DNA of 64,000 bases from Toensbergia leucococca (taxonomy: Eukaryota): contig JALDZS010000054.1 of the NCBI GenBank assembly GCA_022813965.1, positions 62,001 to 126,000 of the forward strand, written 5' to 3'. Both the position numbers and the translations under genes were made by a program. Below the pieces are notes generated by a model. The model was not told where the DNA came from. It searched no databases and was given only the letters and a program-made list of their open reading frames with translations. Within the stretch, counting starts at the first letter, position 1. The number at the start of each line of letters is the position of its first letter. Positions 36,626-50,875 of this stretch are shown here, in pieces.

Positions 36626-39209
36626 TTATATGATGTTAGCAATGCTTATTCTGCTCGAGCTTACTGGACTGATCTGGGCATTTGCAGGGATGCCTGGTGG
36701 AGGGAGATAGAAGGGTTCCCTCTGCCCTCGCTGTTGATCTTGGTAGAGTCGTTGCAAAGTCAACACAATACTATCCCAGCCGTTCCAGTCCGATAGGTCT
36801 TCTTGTCGATTTTCCAGCGTTCCGCCCTTCCCTATGTGGTCTATACCAGGGATTGAGCCTTGCTGATGTTGACTTCGCTGTGAGTCCACTTCGTCTTTTC
36901 CCCAGATCCAGGAATTCTCGATACTGCCTTGAAGATCGCCTGATACGTAAGCTATAAGGTCCTCCTCATCTTCCAAAGCGTGGCCATCTCTGTGATACAT
37001 TTTAGACACCAGGCTTGTCAAGAAGAAAGCCAGGTGCCGCCCACATGCGACATTGATCGGACGAGTATCTCCAACAGCTTGGCTTGCCCTAACGCATACT
37101 AGCGCAGCATCATAATGTCCTTCGAAGCATAAGACGAGGGTGCATCGCCAGATGTGTGTACAGAAAAAAGCGCTTGTTTCAGAGAGAAGTTGAGGGTCCC
37201 ATTTTTGATGACCTGTTGGTGATAACAACGTCGAGTCTGTCGGGTCTTGCATACATCTCGATACAAGGTGCACAGTGTCTTTAGCAATAGTGAAACACCG
37301 GGCTATGGCAACGGATCTCGCTTCTGCTACGCCGAGTACTGAGAGATTATGACGATGCAACACAAGGCGTGCGTTCTGCAAGTAAAATAAACAAGGAAGG
37401 TAACGTGGGTCGATATGATCATTCGTTCGAATCTGTTGGTTTTCTGGGAAGGCAGCCATACAGTCATTGAATTGAGTATCGTACGTTTGTAGGGTCATGG
37501 AATCAATGACCGGTGATTTCAATGCCCTAGTTAACTGAGAGGTGATGCGGATCACCCGTATCATGGGTAGATGAACCGACATGAGTAGTGGTGCACTTGG
37601 GGAAGCCGGTGTCTCACTTGCTCTCAGAAGGGTATCATCAACTGGATTATGCAAGCTAGCATCACAATCTTCGTCGTTGATCATAGCCGGCCTTCCCAGC
37701 TCGAGAGACAGAAGGCTGATATTGTTAGAATAGGCGGTATACTCTCGGAATGAGCCAAGCACTCACCTGTCCCAAGCATAGACGCACCACCAGATGCACC
37801 TACGCATTGTTCCTTCGGATGTGCGCTTGGCTCCAGATTCCAAATGTAGTCCAACGTCTTGAGAAATTCTGATTGCAATTCCAAGCCAGGTCCAGCCTGC
37901 GGATTTGAGGTTCGATTCTGTGAGAGAAATACTTATAAGCAATGCAGACCGAGCGTGGTCAACTGTGAGATCGTCTGAAAAGAGATCCATCAGGCTCTTG
38001 GAAACCTCGAGGTAAGCCCTGCCCTCCTGTGGCATGCGACGCAAAGCCCCACAAGCAAAAACTGAAAAGAGCAAAGCACACCAGACTCGAGGTTCGCTCT
38101 GAAGGGATCCTTTGAGATAAATAGACTCGTATTGTTGAGTAAAAGAGGGCCAATGAATCGAAGGGAAGTTTATCTGGAACGAAGAATGATATTCACGGAG
38201 CAGCTCATCCGCAATTTGCCTAGGGGGAAGCTCTGGTATTGGCAGAGGCCATGTGGTATGCGCAATGGTATGACGATACGACGTAGGAGGCTTAAAGATA
38301 CCGCGACCATGTATCAGAAGATTCAACCGCACTTTTGAAAAGTCTCGAGCGCCAACAAGTCGGCGCCTTGTTTTCCGAGTTAATCGAATCTCCGTGGAAT
38401 GCGCGATTGCATGGCCATGGACATCCACCTTCATAGGCCCGCTGTCCTTGAATGCTGATTGTAGATGGTTGATCTGTTGTCGGGCATACGCCAGTTGTTT
38501 TTCTAGATCTTGAACCTGCCTAGACAATGAATTGGGACCCGTTAGCGTGGATATCTCGTTGGCCCCTTTAGAGTCTCTGGATACAGACTTTATTGAAGAC
38601 ATCCTTCTGTTTGTCTCTTTCGTGAATTGACACTTGACGTTCCTGCTCGAGCACTCCGAGCAACTCGAGGTGTCTGTAGCGTCACACTTTGCGCAGAATA
38701 AGTAGTCAATCGGGGGGAAGATGGCTGAAATGCACAAAACTGACCTTCACCTTACGCTCCCGACACGCATCGCAGCTTGGGTCCTTCCTCCTCTGTCGAT
38801 ATGCTCTTTTCTGTGCTTGAAGACCTGCAGCTGATAGATGTGGACGTGACATGTCTGGCGTTCCCAAGTGTAATTCATCAGAAAGAGTCGCCTCTGGATA
38901 AGCTTCATGGGAAAGATCTGCTACAGCCGTAACGGAGTGGTAGCTCTGAAGGTGGCCTCCAGGTGTCAGATCAGCTCCAGCAGAGATGGAATTTTGCTGC
39001 AAATGGGAATGGCTGGGCGCGCCCAATGTGCGACTGAGGGGTCCTACATTGAGCATACCAAAAAGTGGCGTGAACGAGCTTTGGGTTGACGCAGCGGAAG
39101 AGATGGATGACGAATCGTATGGAGATATAGATGAGTAATTTATGGGGGGCTGCCGAGTAGGGCTTTGGCTTTGCTCTGTGGTATTGAGCTTCAACGGTCG
39201 TCCTTGCAT
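36626..39209 (-). CDS. Zn(II)2Cys6 transcription factor with fungal-specific TF domain; DNA-binding region McrA-like
   Basis: Introns 38744-38687, 38588-38520, 37766-37716. Spliced cluster [64 protein letters not shown]. Middle homology region [11 protein letters not shown]...RRCIWWCVY...LELGRP. Confidence 0.9.
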
Positions 39210-42200
39210 CTGTTCCTTGTCAAAAAGAAGCTATAGCAGAGTGATTGATGGTCACGTACTTCAGAGCCTGTTTATCCAGAACGCTCGTTCATGTTTCGAG
39301 GAGAAGGATCCGATAAGTTCGCTGGTTGCGTTCAACACGGAAGAGCTGTTCTCGAGGCGTCGTCTGATAGTGAAGAGGATGGTCATGATTGATGTTCCGC
39401 GCAGGAAAAGATGAGGTAGGGTACCCACCCAAGTATGTGTAACCCAATACGGCATCTAAGGACTCCAGCACAGCTGTTATCATAACATTAGGTGATGGGC
39501 GATTGGCGTCGGATGCACTCATCTGAGGGACCATTTTGTAAGCATAGGTCTATTGCCAGATTCGGGGATTTCTCCCCCGTGGCATCCCGAATTCTGGAAT
39601 TCAGCAAGATCGGCAGCATGCCACCCCTCGGGTGCTGCAGAAGAACAAGCATTGAAAGCCACTCGATGGTCTGCAGCAACCAGCATGCCCAACCCCCTTT
39701 CGGTAAACAAACCTGTCGGTTATCGGGAACGCTTGGTTATTTTTGGTAGAAGCAGCCACAATAACGATGTCAAAGGTGAAACGAGACAGGAAGCAGACGG
39801 ATACTTGTATAACGTACCAGGGTTAGGGCAAATGTCAATGACAGATACTTGCTATGTGTATCCTCCCAACATAAGAAACGCTCTACTCATGTACGTAGAA
39901 GGAACTCCAAGCAGAATCAAAGAGACGAAACAGAACTGAGTCTCCGGCCTGTTTGGTCATGCTTCACCGAATGGTGAAGTCGGAGTGTGCAGGTCTGGAG
40001 TGGCGATGCTGGGCGAGGAGACAGCAATAAATGATGAGGTTGGAGAATGCAAGTGAATTACTTCGAGGAACGCAGTACCAGATAGAGGTTTAGATGATGT
40101 GACATGGGAAGGAAAGATGCCAAAGGGACAATGGCCACAGGCAAGGATGGTATCCATGTTCCCTTGACGTGGAAATAGATACGATCAACAACACCGACGG
40201 CGTGGGCCCCCGGGAAGACACCAAGGCATGGGGAAAGAAGGGTGATGGACATGTATGCAGACCCAAGAGCCGAAGAGCGGTAGAGTCAGGGCAAGCAAGC
40301 GTCAAACACAACCCCACGGCGCACGGCGGCGAGGCTAAAGTAAGGTAAGGTTAGGTTTTGATCAAGGTCTAGGTATGATGATCTTCTCCGGCCACACAGT
40401 CGATGTAGGGCTGCGAGTCGAGGCAAACCAAATCAAATCAAATCAAATCAATCATCCGTTTAGGCTAGATGAAGAATGTGAGCCAAGGCATTGGGGGTGT
40501 CTGGTGTGTCGCCGTCGACCCTATCGGTTGCCGGCCCTTCATGCCGGGCAGCCACATCACGTAATAGTCAAGTTGGCCATTTGAACGGCCAAAAGGATTG
40601 TGGTCGAGTCAAGACAAGATCTTCAGGCTTGCGACGAGAACAACCGTAGGTATCGGAGCAAGTGGGTGTGCAGTTAATCTCAAAGTGACAGGTGCTTTGC
40701 TACTGCAGGGACCCTCCGCTTTCCCCATCCCAACATCCCGACTTGGTTTGGTGGCTATTGTCATGATAGACACGCATCCGACGATCTTCCGGCGTTGTCT
40801 CTGATGGAGCCCAATGATATCACTCTTCTAGATGGTCAGAATTTGAGAACACTTTAATAGTGCAACCTGCATCTCCCTTCAGACCTCCCGAAATTTAAGA
40901 ATTCGCTGATCATTCAAGCCTAACGAGCTAACTTATTATCATCACCACATTTGCCAATACCAACTCCCATCATGCCGATACTTGGCCCCCGCCACCACCG
41001 CCACACGTGGAATCTCTACTCTACCCCGGAAATGTTGCCTGCTTCTGATGCTTTGGCAAGCAACGGCCAAGGCAAGAGCCGGATCGTCCTCATCGGGATC
41101 CTGATCCTCGAAAGTCGGACGGAGTTATCAACGGCAACTGAGTCCAATCAGCGTAGCAGGCCGCTACTTCATTAGACTTGTTTACGAGTACTTGCCTTGG
41201 AATTTGATCAACAGACTCAATGCGTCTCTGCCCGATCGAGATTCTCCGTGCACCTTGTTGGGGTGTGTCTATGCACCTTGGAACAGTAAAATTTTTATCT
41301 AAATCATCCATGTGCTAGCATAGTCTATCTAGCTATTGTGTCAATACTGCATGCGGAATTTTAAAACTCTAGCATCAGGTTCCTTCTCGCAAGCTTACAT
41401 CTTGTACACTACCTTAGCCCACAGAGTCTCTTTCCCGCTTTTCTTTATCTTCACTGTCGTTGCACGGGTAAGTATCTCAGGCTTTCGGGTCAATGATAAT
41501 AAAAATGTCCATTCTTGACCGACTAGATACTCATCGAAACAGCATGGGAATCAAGACATCGGGCCTACAAGCGAAGGGTAGCTGTTTCGGTGAACCTGGT
41601 ATGATAGACTTTTGGTACCAGACATAACGCAAGAGCAGAGTATTACTTGATTATCGTCGGTCTTTTTGAGTTTTCGTCTGCCATGTATTCACCGAGTGTT
41701 TCATGAACCTTTTTCGGAACACGAGGACGATGCTTCGAGAGGTGATACTTGGATGATTGGTTCTAGCTGACACAATGGTATTGCCTAGTCAATGCACCAT
41801 AGATGCATAGAATCGCCAACATCAACCAAAGGTTCGGGTCTATTGATAGGCGCGTGGCCTAGAACGAGAGATCTCCAGGAGCTGCATTACTTGCATTGAG
41901 ATCTTCAGCATAAGTGGCCGCCAAGGCCTTTGAAGTGCAGCGATGCAATATCAGTCTGCATACAAGGGTTCACTATGATGATGAAACAGCAAACAGTTCC
42001 CCGAAAGTCTACTTGCACTGTAGTCAATAGAATAAAAAGAGTGCCTCCGGAGTTTCCTGGTTTTCCATTCCATCCTAATTTTGCCATACCGAAATTTGAA
42101 AGCCTACTTTACGATGAAACCAACATTGCTCTATTTTGATTGAGTATCCATCACCCTTCTCCGAGGGACGGGGTCATTGATATCCTTGTATACACTCTAG

Positions 42201-42764
42201 AAGAGCAACTAGGTAACCTTGTCTGGAAAGCGCATATTGCGTGAATGACGAAGTCTTGTGTGAAGAGACTAATTGCGGTTTGCGCCGGCCTTGGATTTGA
42301 GCGAGGCTCAAGAAACGGCGGTAGTGGATGGATGACGGGGGCTTCCCGACGTAATTGATGTAGTCAATCTGGTGAAACACCTGCATCTTGGATGGATAAA
42401 GAGAGGATTATCGGAGTTGGAATCTGCATCCTACGTACATATCATTTGAGGTACTCAAAGCTATGAACATACAAATGTGAAACGTTGAGATCAGCTTCGA
42501 CCGTCTTTCAGAGTCAACGGAGCATCCTTGATTAATTAATTGACTAGTTCTTACGACTCTTCTTCTTTGCTAATAACGTCTACGAACCACGAAATCCTAC
42601 AGCTTCCTCCGGCTTTCCGCGGCTAGCAGCGGTGAGTTGAAGCATCATGGAGGATAAGTACCTAAATATGAATGAAATTGGATGACATTCGTTTGAACAC
42701 ATAAATACTAGCAGCACCATTGAGACTGGACTCTCCAAAACTCAGAAGTTCCTCACTTTGATCA

Positions 42765-44848
<2,084 letters not shown>

Positions 44849-46160
44849 TATTGCGGGCCTGGAAACTAGTTTGATGGGCATGAGTGGAAATGAGAATAGA
44901 ACGCTACCTGATCCCGGCTGCCGGCAGACTACCTATCCCAGTGCAGCCACCACGGGCCATATTCATGTCACTGTGTTGGACGCAGTTTGTATAATAAGAG
45001 ATAATTGTTATGACAAGGGAGACAGGAAAATCCTGATCGAAATGCTGGATCAGGAGACTTTTCAATTTGAAATGAAAACGATGTCTTTCACTAGTGAAAC
45101 GCGTTTTCATTGGTAGGGAGAAAGAATAGCAGCTTTATTTCGGAAAACCTTCTTTTTCTGTTCATGTATATACAGCAGCCAGATTCACACCAGATACTTC
45201 GATGGAACACTGCCAGTCCCGTTGCTTCCCCTTTCATTCATCTCTATCTAACTCGCACGTCGCCCTCTTCGTCCCCTCTCCACAATTTTTCTTACATGGA
45301 CACCTCCTTCTCCGTTCATCCCCTCTTCCTCTCATGACCAACGGACCATTCACCTCTCGCCCCTCCCCAAGTCATACCCAAAAACAAAGGCCCCCTGAAA
45401 GCCCAAAAGCCAAATAAAAACTCGTCGCAGCCATCACGTCTCGACTCTCATAGACCAACCTCAGTCGCGGTCTCAGTGGGAGAGCAGATTCACCGCAGTC
45501 CCTTTCAGCAAAGCGTTGAGAATGAGATCATTACAGAGAGACAAAGGGATAGAGAGAGAAGAGAGAGAGAGTAATAAACAAGAAAGAGGCATGGGGAATA
45601 GGAAAGCGAGGTCAGAAGATGGAGAGTAAGGCTAGCGTTGAGCTGGAGGCTGGTTATGTGGAATTGACGCTGAGGGGGAGACTTGAACAATGAAAGGTGG
45701 AGATAATTACTTTGTGTGTCATGAAGAATGAGGAGAAAAGGCACGAAGCATTCCTCGACTATCATGATTTTACAAAGACTGACTGAGACGAGCTTGAGGG
45801 TTTAGCTATTCCAAAAATGTTCGAGCTCAGAGCAGAAATCAGCTGGACAAAATTTTGACGTGTAGGATTCGAAGCAAAAGAGAAAAACTTGCAGCTTGAA
45901 TGATCCTTTTCGAAGCTCACTGAGTCACTTTCTTCGAGGTGTGTATTTCTCTGGATAGGTAGGAGGTAGTTACGAGTGTCGCGGTAGTCAAGCCGTCTTT
46001 AGTGCTGATGGTTGCCCAGCCAGCAACGACGAGAATACGCGAATCACAATGTTGTTTACGGATATTCCGATTCAAGCGTGGGTGGAACACAAAATTGTTA
46101 TTCAGCGTAATCGGCAGTCGCAATCTACAGTCATTCCAGTCTCAACAAGATCTATCTGGA

Positions 46161-47870
46161 ATGTTCAAGGCAGACTCAATGGACCACACGTCGGTGGAAG
46201 ATTTCCAGAATTATCACAACAGGCGAACAACACACGATGCCTTACCAACCCACGCTTCACAGCAGGACCGTTCAACAGAAGCTATTGAGGACTACTTCGA
46301 TCGTGATAACGTTGAAGACCAAGCAGTTTCCTTCTCTGGCTCAGCCCGTCATTCAAGTGGCCCTGACGAGCCTGTCTTCGACGCCGGTTCCTGGCACAGC
46401 TCCCCGCGCACCTCCGACGACGATGACATCTCCGATCTCCCATCCGAAACGCACGAGCAGCCTTCCTCTCCATTCACACCCCTGAAATCGCGCCCGCCCT
46501 TCCGCAACCCTTCTTCCGTCCGTGCCATGCAAATGGAGACTACGCCTCCCCCCTTCCTACCCTCCCCCTCATCGCAAATCCACTACCAGCTCAAATCCCC
46601 CTCGCGCAACGGTACCCCGCGCTCCACACGCTCATATCATAGCACCACGCGCTCGCCCTCGAAATTGAGCCCGACGAAGAAGCCGAAGAAGGAGTATCCG
46701 TTGGTGTTATTACATGTAACTCTGCTGCCGATCACATTCCCCTACTCCTCCGAAGCAATTGAAAGTGTGTTACCGGGCTACATTCTCGAGAACCTAAATC
46801 TCCTGCGCGAGAAAGCCACAGACACAGTCTTAGATCGAGGTGTGTTGATTCCGCACCCTCGGGAAGACTACGACCTCCTTGAAGAGCGCCTCCTCGAATC
46901 ACTAGAACTGAAATTGCCTCGCATCCTCAAATGCGGACACTTCCACCTCTCCCCGGACGAAGAAGCAGACATTCTCGCCGACGAAGACAGCTATGATAGT
47001 GACGACAACGACGCTGATATCTGTGACGACTGCGGAAGGCGACTAAGAGATGGGCGCTTCGGAAGCGGTACGGGCAGCAGGCGGTGGGACATCAAGATTT
47101 ATGCTGCGAACGGGCTCATGAGAGCTGGAGCGTGGGGAGCAGCGTGGCGGGAAATGGAGAGAGTGGACGTGGAAATTCTACCCTGGATCGCAGAAGACAT
47201 GAAGCGGGAACTGGAGCTCAGGAGAGAAGAAGAAGAGCAACATGTTCCGGAGCAAGAAGAAGAAATCGCGCCAGAAAGTACAGGGAACCGCAATCAAACA
47301 GATCAAGCAAGACTACGCGAAATCTACGGCGAGGACCCTCAAGCCTGCGTCGACAGCCAGGATGATGGACTGGGCGATGACCCGCACCCCTGGCCTCCCT
47401 CCACCCAAAATCATCCATCAATCTCACATCGCCCATCGCCGCAACACAACGTCCCCCTCTCGCAACTTCTAAAAGCCTACCTCCACAACACCGCCCGCGA
47501 CAGGCGCAACATCGCCATCTTCCTCCTCAGCCTCCTAGTCTTGTACCTCGCCATCTCATCCCGCACCAGAGCACCGCTCTCTGCGCCTCGAGCTCTGCAG
47601 ACCATCCCATTCCCAGCGCCGAGCCTAGCGCCCGATACCGCTGAAACCACCACAGGAGCGAGCATCATTGGGAAGCCATCTTCGGCACAAATGGCATCCT
47701 CGTCTTCAGTCCGGATGGAGGAGCCCTCGTCTTCGGTACAGCTCCCATCCTCGTCTTCAGCCCTGGTGGAAACGCCTTCCTCGACCAAGTTACTCGAGAG
47801 CGTGCAGAGCGTTGTGGCGATGGTGGTGGATGATATGTTAGTCGAAGAGGCACCCGAGGAGACGCTGTGA
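46161..47870 (+). CDS. Conserved Pezizomycotina hypothetical protein with a C-terminal TM segment
   Basis: Long intronless ORF, first ATG 46161. Ser/Pro-rich N-terminus, core LVLLHVTLLP...RGVLIPHPREDYDLLEERLLESLEL...CGHF...CDDC...IYAANGLMRAGAWGAAWREMERVDVEI, hydrophobic IAIFLLSLLVLYLAI. Confidence 0.82.
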   Translation: MFKADSMDHTSVEDFQNYHNRRTTHDALPTHASQQDRSTEAIEDYFDRDNVEDQAVSFSGSARHSSGPDEPVFDAGSWHSSPRTSDDDDISDLPSETHEQPSSPFTPLKSRPPFRNPSSVRAMQMETTPPPFLPSPSSQIHYQLKSPSRNGTPRSTRSYHSTTRSPSKLSPTKKPKKEYPLVLLHVTLLPITFPYSSEAIESVLPGYILENLNLLREKATDTVLDRGVLIPHPREDYDLLEERLLESLELKLPRILKCGHFHLSPDEEADILADEDSYDSDDNDADICDDCGRRLRDGRFGSGTGSRRWDIKIYAANGLMRAGAWGAAWREMERVDVEILPWIAEDMKRELELRREEEEQHVPEQEEEIAPESTGNRNQTDQARLREIYGEDPQACVDSQDDGLGDDPHPWPPSTQNHPSISHRPSPQHNVPLSQLLKAYLHNTARDRRNIAIFLLSLLVLYLAISSRTRAPLSAPRALQTIPFPAPSLAPDTAETTTGASIIGKPSSAQMASSSSVRMEEPSSSVQLPSSSSALVETPSSTKLLESVQSVVAMVVDDMLVEEAPEETL

Positions 47871-47990
47871 AATGTGCTTCGGATGTAGCGCTGAGATGTG
47901 ATGTTTTATTCAAGTTGGTGTCCTATTCATCCCAGAACATACATGTACAGTGGCGCAGAGTCGTGGGGGTGAGGTTGGGGGTTATATGTG

Positions 47991-48021
47991 CAGTCAGTCA
48001 GTCAGTCAGTTAGTCAGTTAG
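47991..48021. repeat. (CAGT)n microsatellite
   Basis: cagtcagtcagtcagtcagttagtcagttag. Confidence 0.85.
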
Positions 48022-48403
48022 ACGGTCAGCCAGGCATGTCAGTCAGGCATGTCAGGCGTGCTTGAAGAGCCTTTCTGTCTTCGAAGGAAGAATGTTTCTG
48101 GGCAATAGTGAAGCGTTTCGGGCGCGCCGGAGGTGGGGATAACAATCATGGATTTTACTTCTGTAGCTGAAAGGGGTAGAGCCGGTTTACTGTAATAATT
48201 GGGAAAAGTAGCGGAATGGATCTTTTACTTTTCCCCTCCTCTCTTTCGCTCCCCGGGCAGTGAGGAGTTAGGATGAATGTGCTCCATGATGAAGAAAATC
48301 CTTTCTGAGGTTCTAGCGTCCTTGTTTTCTGGCTAGTTTTCTGGGGTTTTTTTGATTGTTATTGTTCCTCGCTAGCAGATTGATGTGGGTGTTGCTTCTC
48401 GAC

Positions 48404-48405
<2 letters not shown>

Positions 48406-48436
<31 letters not shown>
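48406..48436. repeat. (AG)15 microsatellite
   Basis: Perfect AG dinucleotide run. Confidence 0.95.
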
Positions 48437-48439
<3 letters not shown>

Positions 48440-49727
48440 GGTCTTTCTGCGGTTTCTTTTTGCATTCGCGTCTCCGTTTAGGCCCGGGGGGGGGGGGAGT
48501 GAAGGGTCAGTATTTCAATGATTTTCTTCTGGGTCGGGATGGTGCAGTGAAGCTGACTCCACTTAGAAGAGGTGTTGGGATTCGGTGGTGTGGTGCAAGG
48601 ACTGCCGATGGAAAGATGTCTATTGGGAATTGTCCCCAATACGATTTTTTTTAAGAGCGAAACAAAATGACTCATTTTTGAGGAAAGGATTCAGGAAACA
48701 TCTTTTGCCTAGGATGATGCTTCTTTGTGTTTGGTTGGTTGGTGTCTGGGGGTTGGTTTGTCTTGATTCAATACTTACCTCTTATGGTGAAGCCTGAATT
48801 GCACGGGTGCTTCCTGAAAAAGGGAGTTTGGCTGGAATGTGTTGTCGATTTGAGAAAGGAGCCATCGGAGGCGTGGAAGGGAAGTACAATCAATCGATCA
48901 ATCAATCAAATTCCAGTTATTCCTGCTAGGGCGAAAGGGGATCCGGATTCCAAATTACTGGGACCGGAGCATGTAAGGTGTGAGGGGGGATAGTTGGAGC
49001 TCTGTTGAAGAGAGAAGAGCTTTTGAGGGATGAAGGAACTGGAACATGAGGGCCAAAGGACCCCAGTTGGAGGATTTTTTTCTAGGGGTTGGGTAGTGGA
49101 GGTTGGAAACGGGCTAAGGATGGACTGGGTCGAGGTACCTTTATGAGTGAGGGGGCGGGTGGAGGGTTCTGTTGCTTTCTTATCTGCCGGATTAGGGGAA
49201 CAAGGGTTTACATTTCGAGGGGCAGCTTTTGCTGAGTCTATATTCGTCGCCTTGGTTGGGTACCTGTTGAGAACGGGACATGATGCGTTGCGCGTTACAA
49301 GTGGGTGGGGGGAGAGGCTTGGTGATTTCGGTGCCGGTTTCAGGTATTGAGTGAAATGGGGGATTCGGAATGCTGACTTTTTGCAACTGGGATTCCTGCT
49401 TCCATGTCAAACATGTCAATCAAAGTCCGTGTGGGTCTCAGGGTTCTCAAAATTCTTTTGCCATGAGAAACGGATGCGGATCCTTCTCCCCCAACATTTT
49501 GTACGGACTGTTCAAGAGGACCTCCTTCTATTGTCTATACCTAGTATTACACCTCACGAACTCGTCAATCAAAAGAAAGTCCGGCTGATGCAAAGTGATC
49601 CTTTTATCCTGGATGGCCCCAGCAAAAGCCCCCAATTTTAATGTCTCAAGAGAAAAAGAATCAAGCCTATTCACTCTTCGATCTTTCCTCGAAAAAAGCT
49701 GCAATGCTGGTGATTTTCCGCCGCTTT

Positions 49728-50875
49728 TCAGGTCTTGGATATTTCAACGCCGCCAGTCGCACCTAATTAAATTAGCGGATGGTCTCGAAGCGCATGAAAA
49801 CCATGACTCACCAAAAGCCTTCTTGATATCTCCGTAGATGGCGAATTGGCCAGCCGTGAGGGTTCCCACCATGAACAGCCTCGCGCCAATGCCGGTGTAA
49901 CTACCACGCAACCCGAGTTCCTTTGCAATCTTAATCAGGCGGCTGGTGGTACCTTCCCCTGGAAGACCTTTGGACTTGTTAATCTTGCTGAGCATAGTGT
50001 CTGCTGGTTGAGAGACAATAGCAGCCGCAAAACCTGCCATTAGACCGGAGCCAAGGTTGATGACAGTTTGCATGCCGTCAGAGGTTGTAGACTTGTCTAC
50101 ACGCTTGTAGACAGCTTCAGCGACTTTCTCGTAAACGACAAATTTGGCCATTGTGTACGGGACCCTACTCGATGGTCAGGCACTTGTTAAAAATGCATGA
50201 TATGCGGTCGACTCACTGCTTGAATAGGATTGGCCCGAAACCGGAGTAGAACGCACCAAGACCCTCGGTTCTGGCAATCTTCCCAAAGCCACTAACAAGC
50301 CCACTGGCAAAGGCGGGTTCGGAAACAAGTCGGATTCTTGTAGCTTCCAATGGGCAAAGCGCAACGTCGGCAAAGAATTCAGCGACGGCAGATGATGCCA
50401 AGTAGACAGCTGTTCTGTTATTTGAGGCAGTCTCGTAACCGAAATAGTTGATGAATTGCTGCTTGAATAGTTCATAGCCTCCAAATTTGAAGGCGCCTTG
50501 TAGGAAATAGCCAGCTGCTGTAGGACCAAACCCGGTAGCAAGTGCACTCATTCCCTCCTTCGCAATGACTTGGCGAAAACCGCCAATTAAGCCCCTATTG
50601 TAAGTCACAGGGTCGAGCTGTATCCGAGTCTTAACGCTGCATCTCAAAGTGATTAGCTCGATGAACATAGATAGCTATGCCTTCACAGAAATGACCTACA
50701 CATCGACAGGAGTGAGACCGCCATGAGTGACTGAACAACATATGGCGCCAGCCAGAGCAAATCTCGAATAAAGGGCAAAACCGCTAAGCTTCTCAGGAGT
50801 TTCAGCGCTGGTTCTCTGCACGATCGCGTCGAGCTTGTTGGAGCCAGTCGATGTTGGAGGCGGTGATGTTGCCAT
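49728..50875 (-). CDS. MIR1: Mitochondrial phosphate carrier
   Basis: Introns 50699-50637, 50216-50165, 49811-49763. Motifs [64 protein letters not shown]. Confidence 0.95.
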
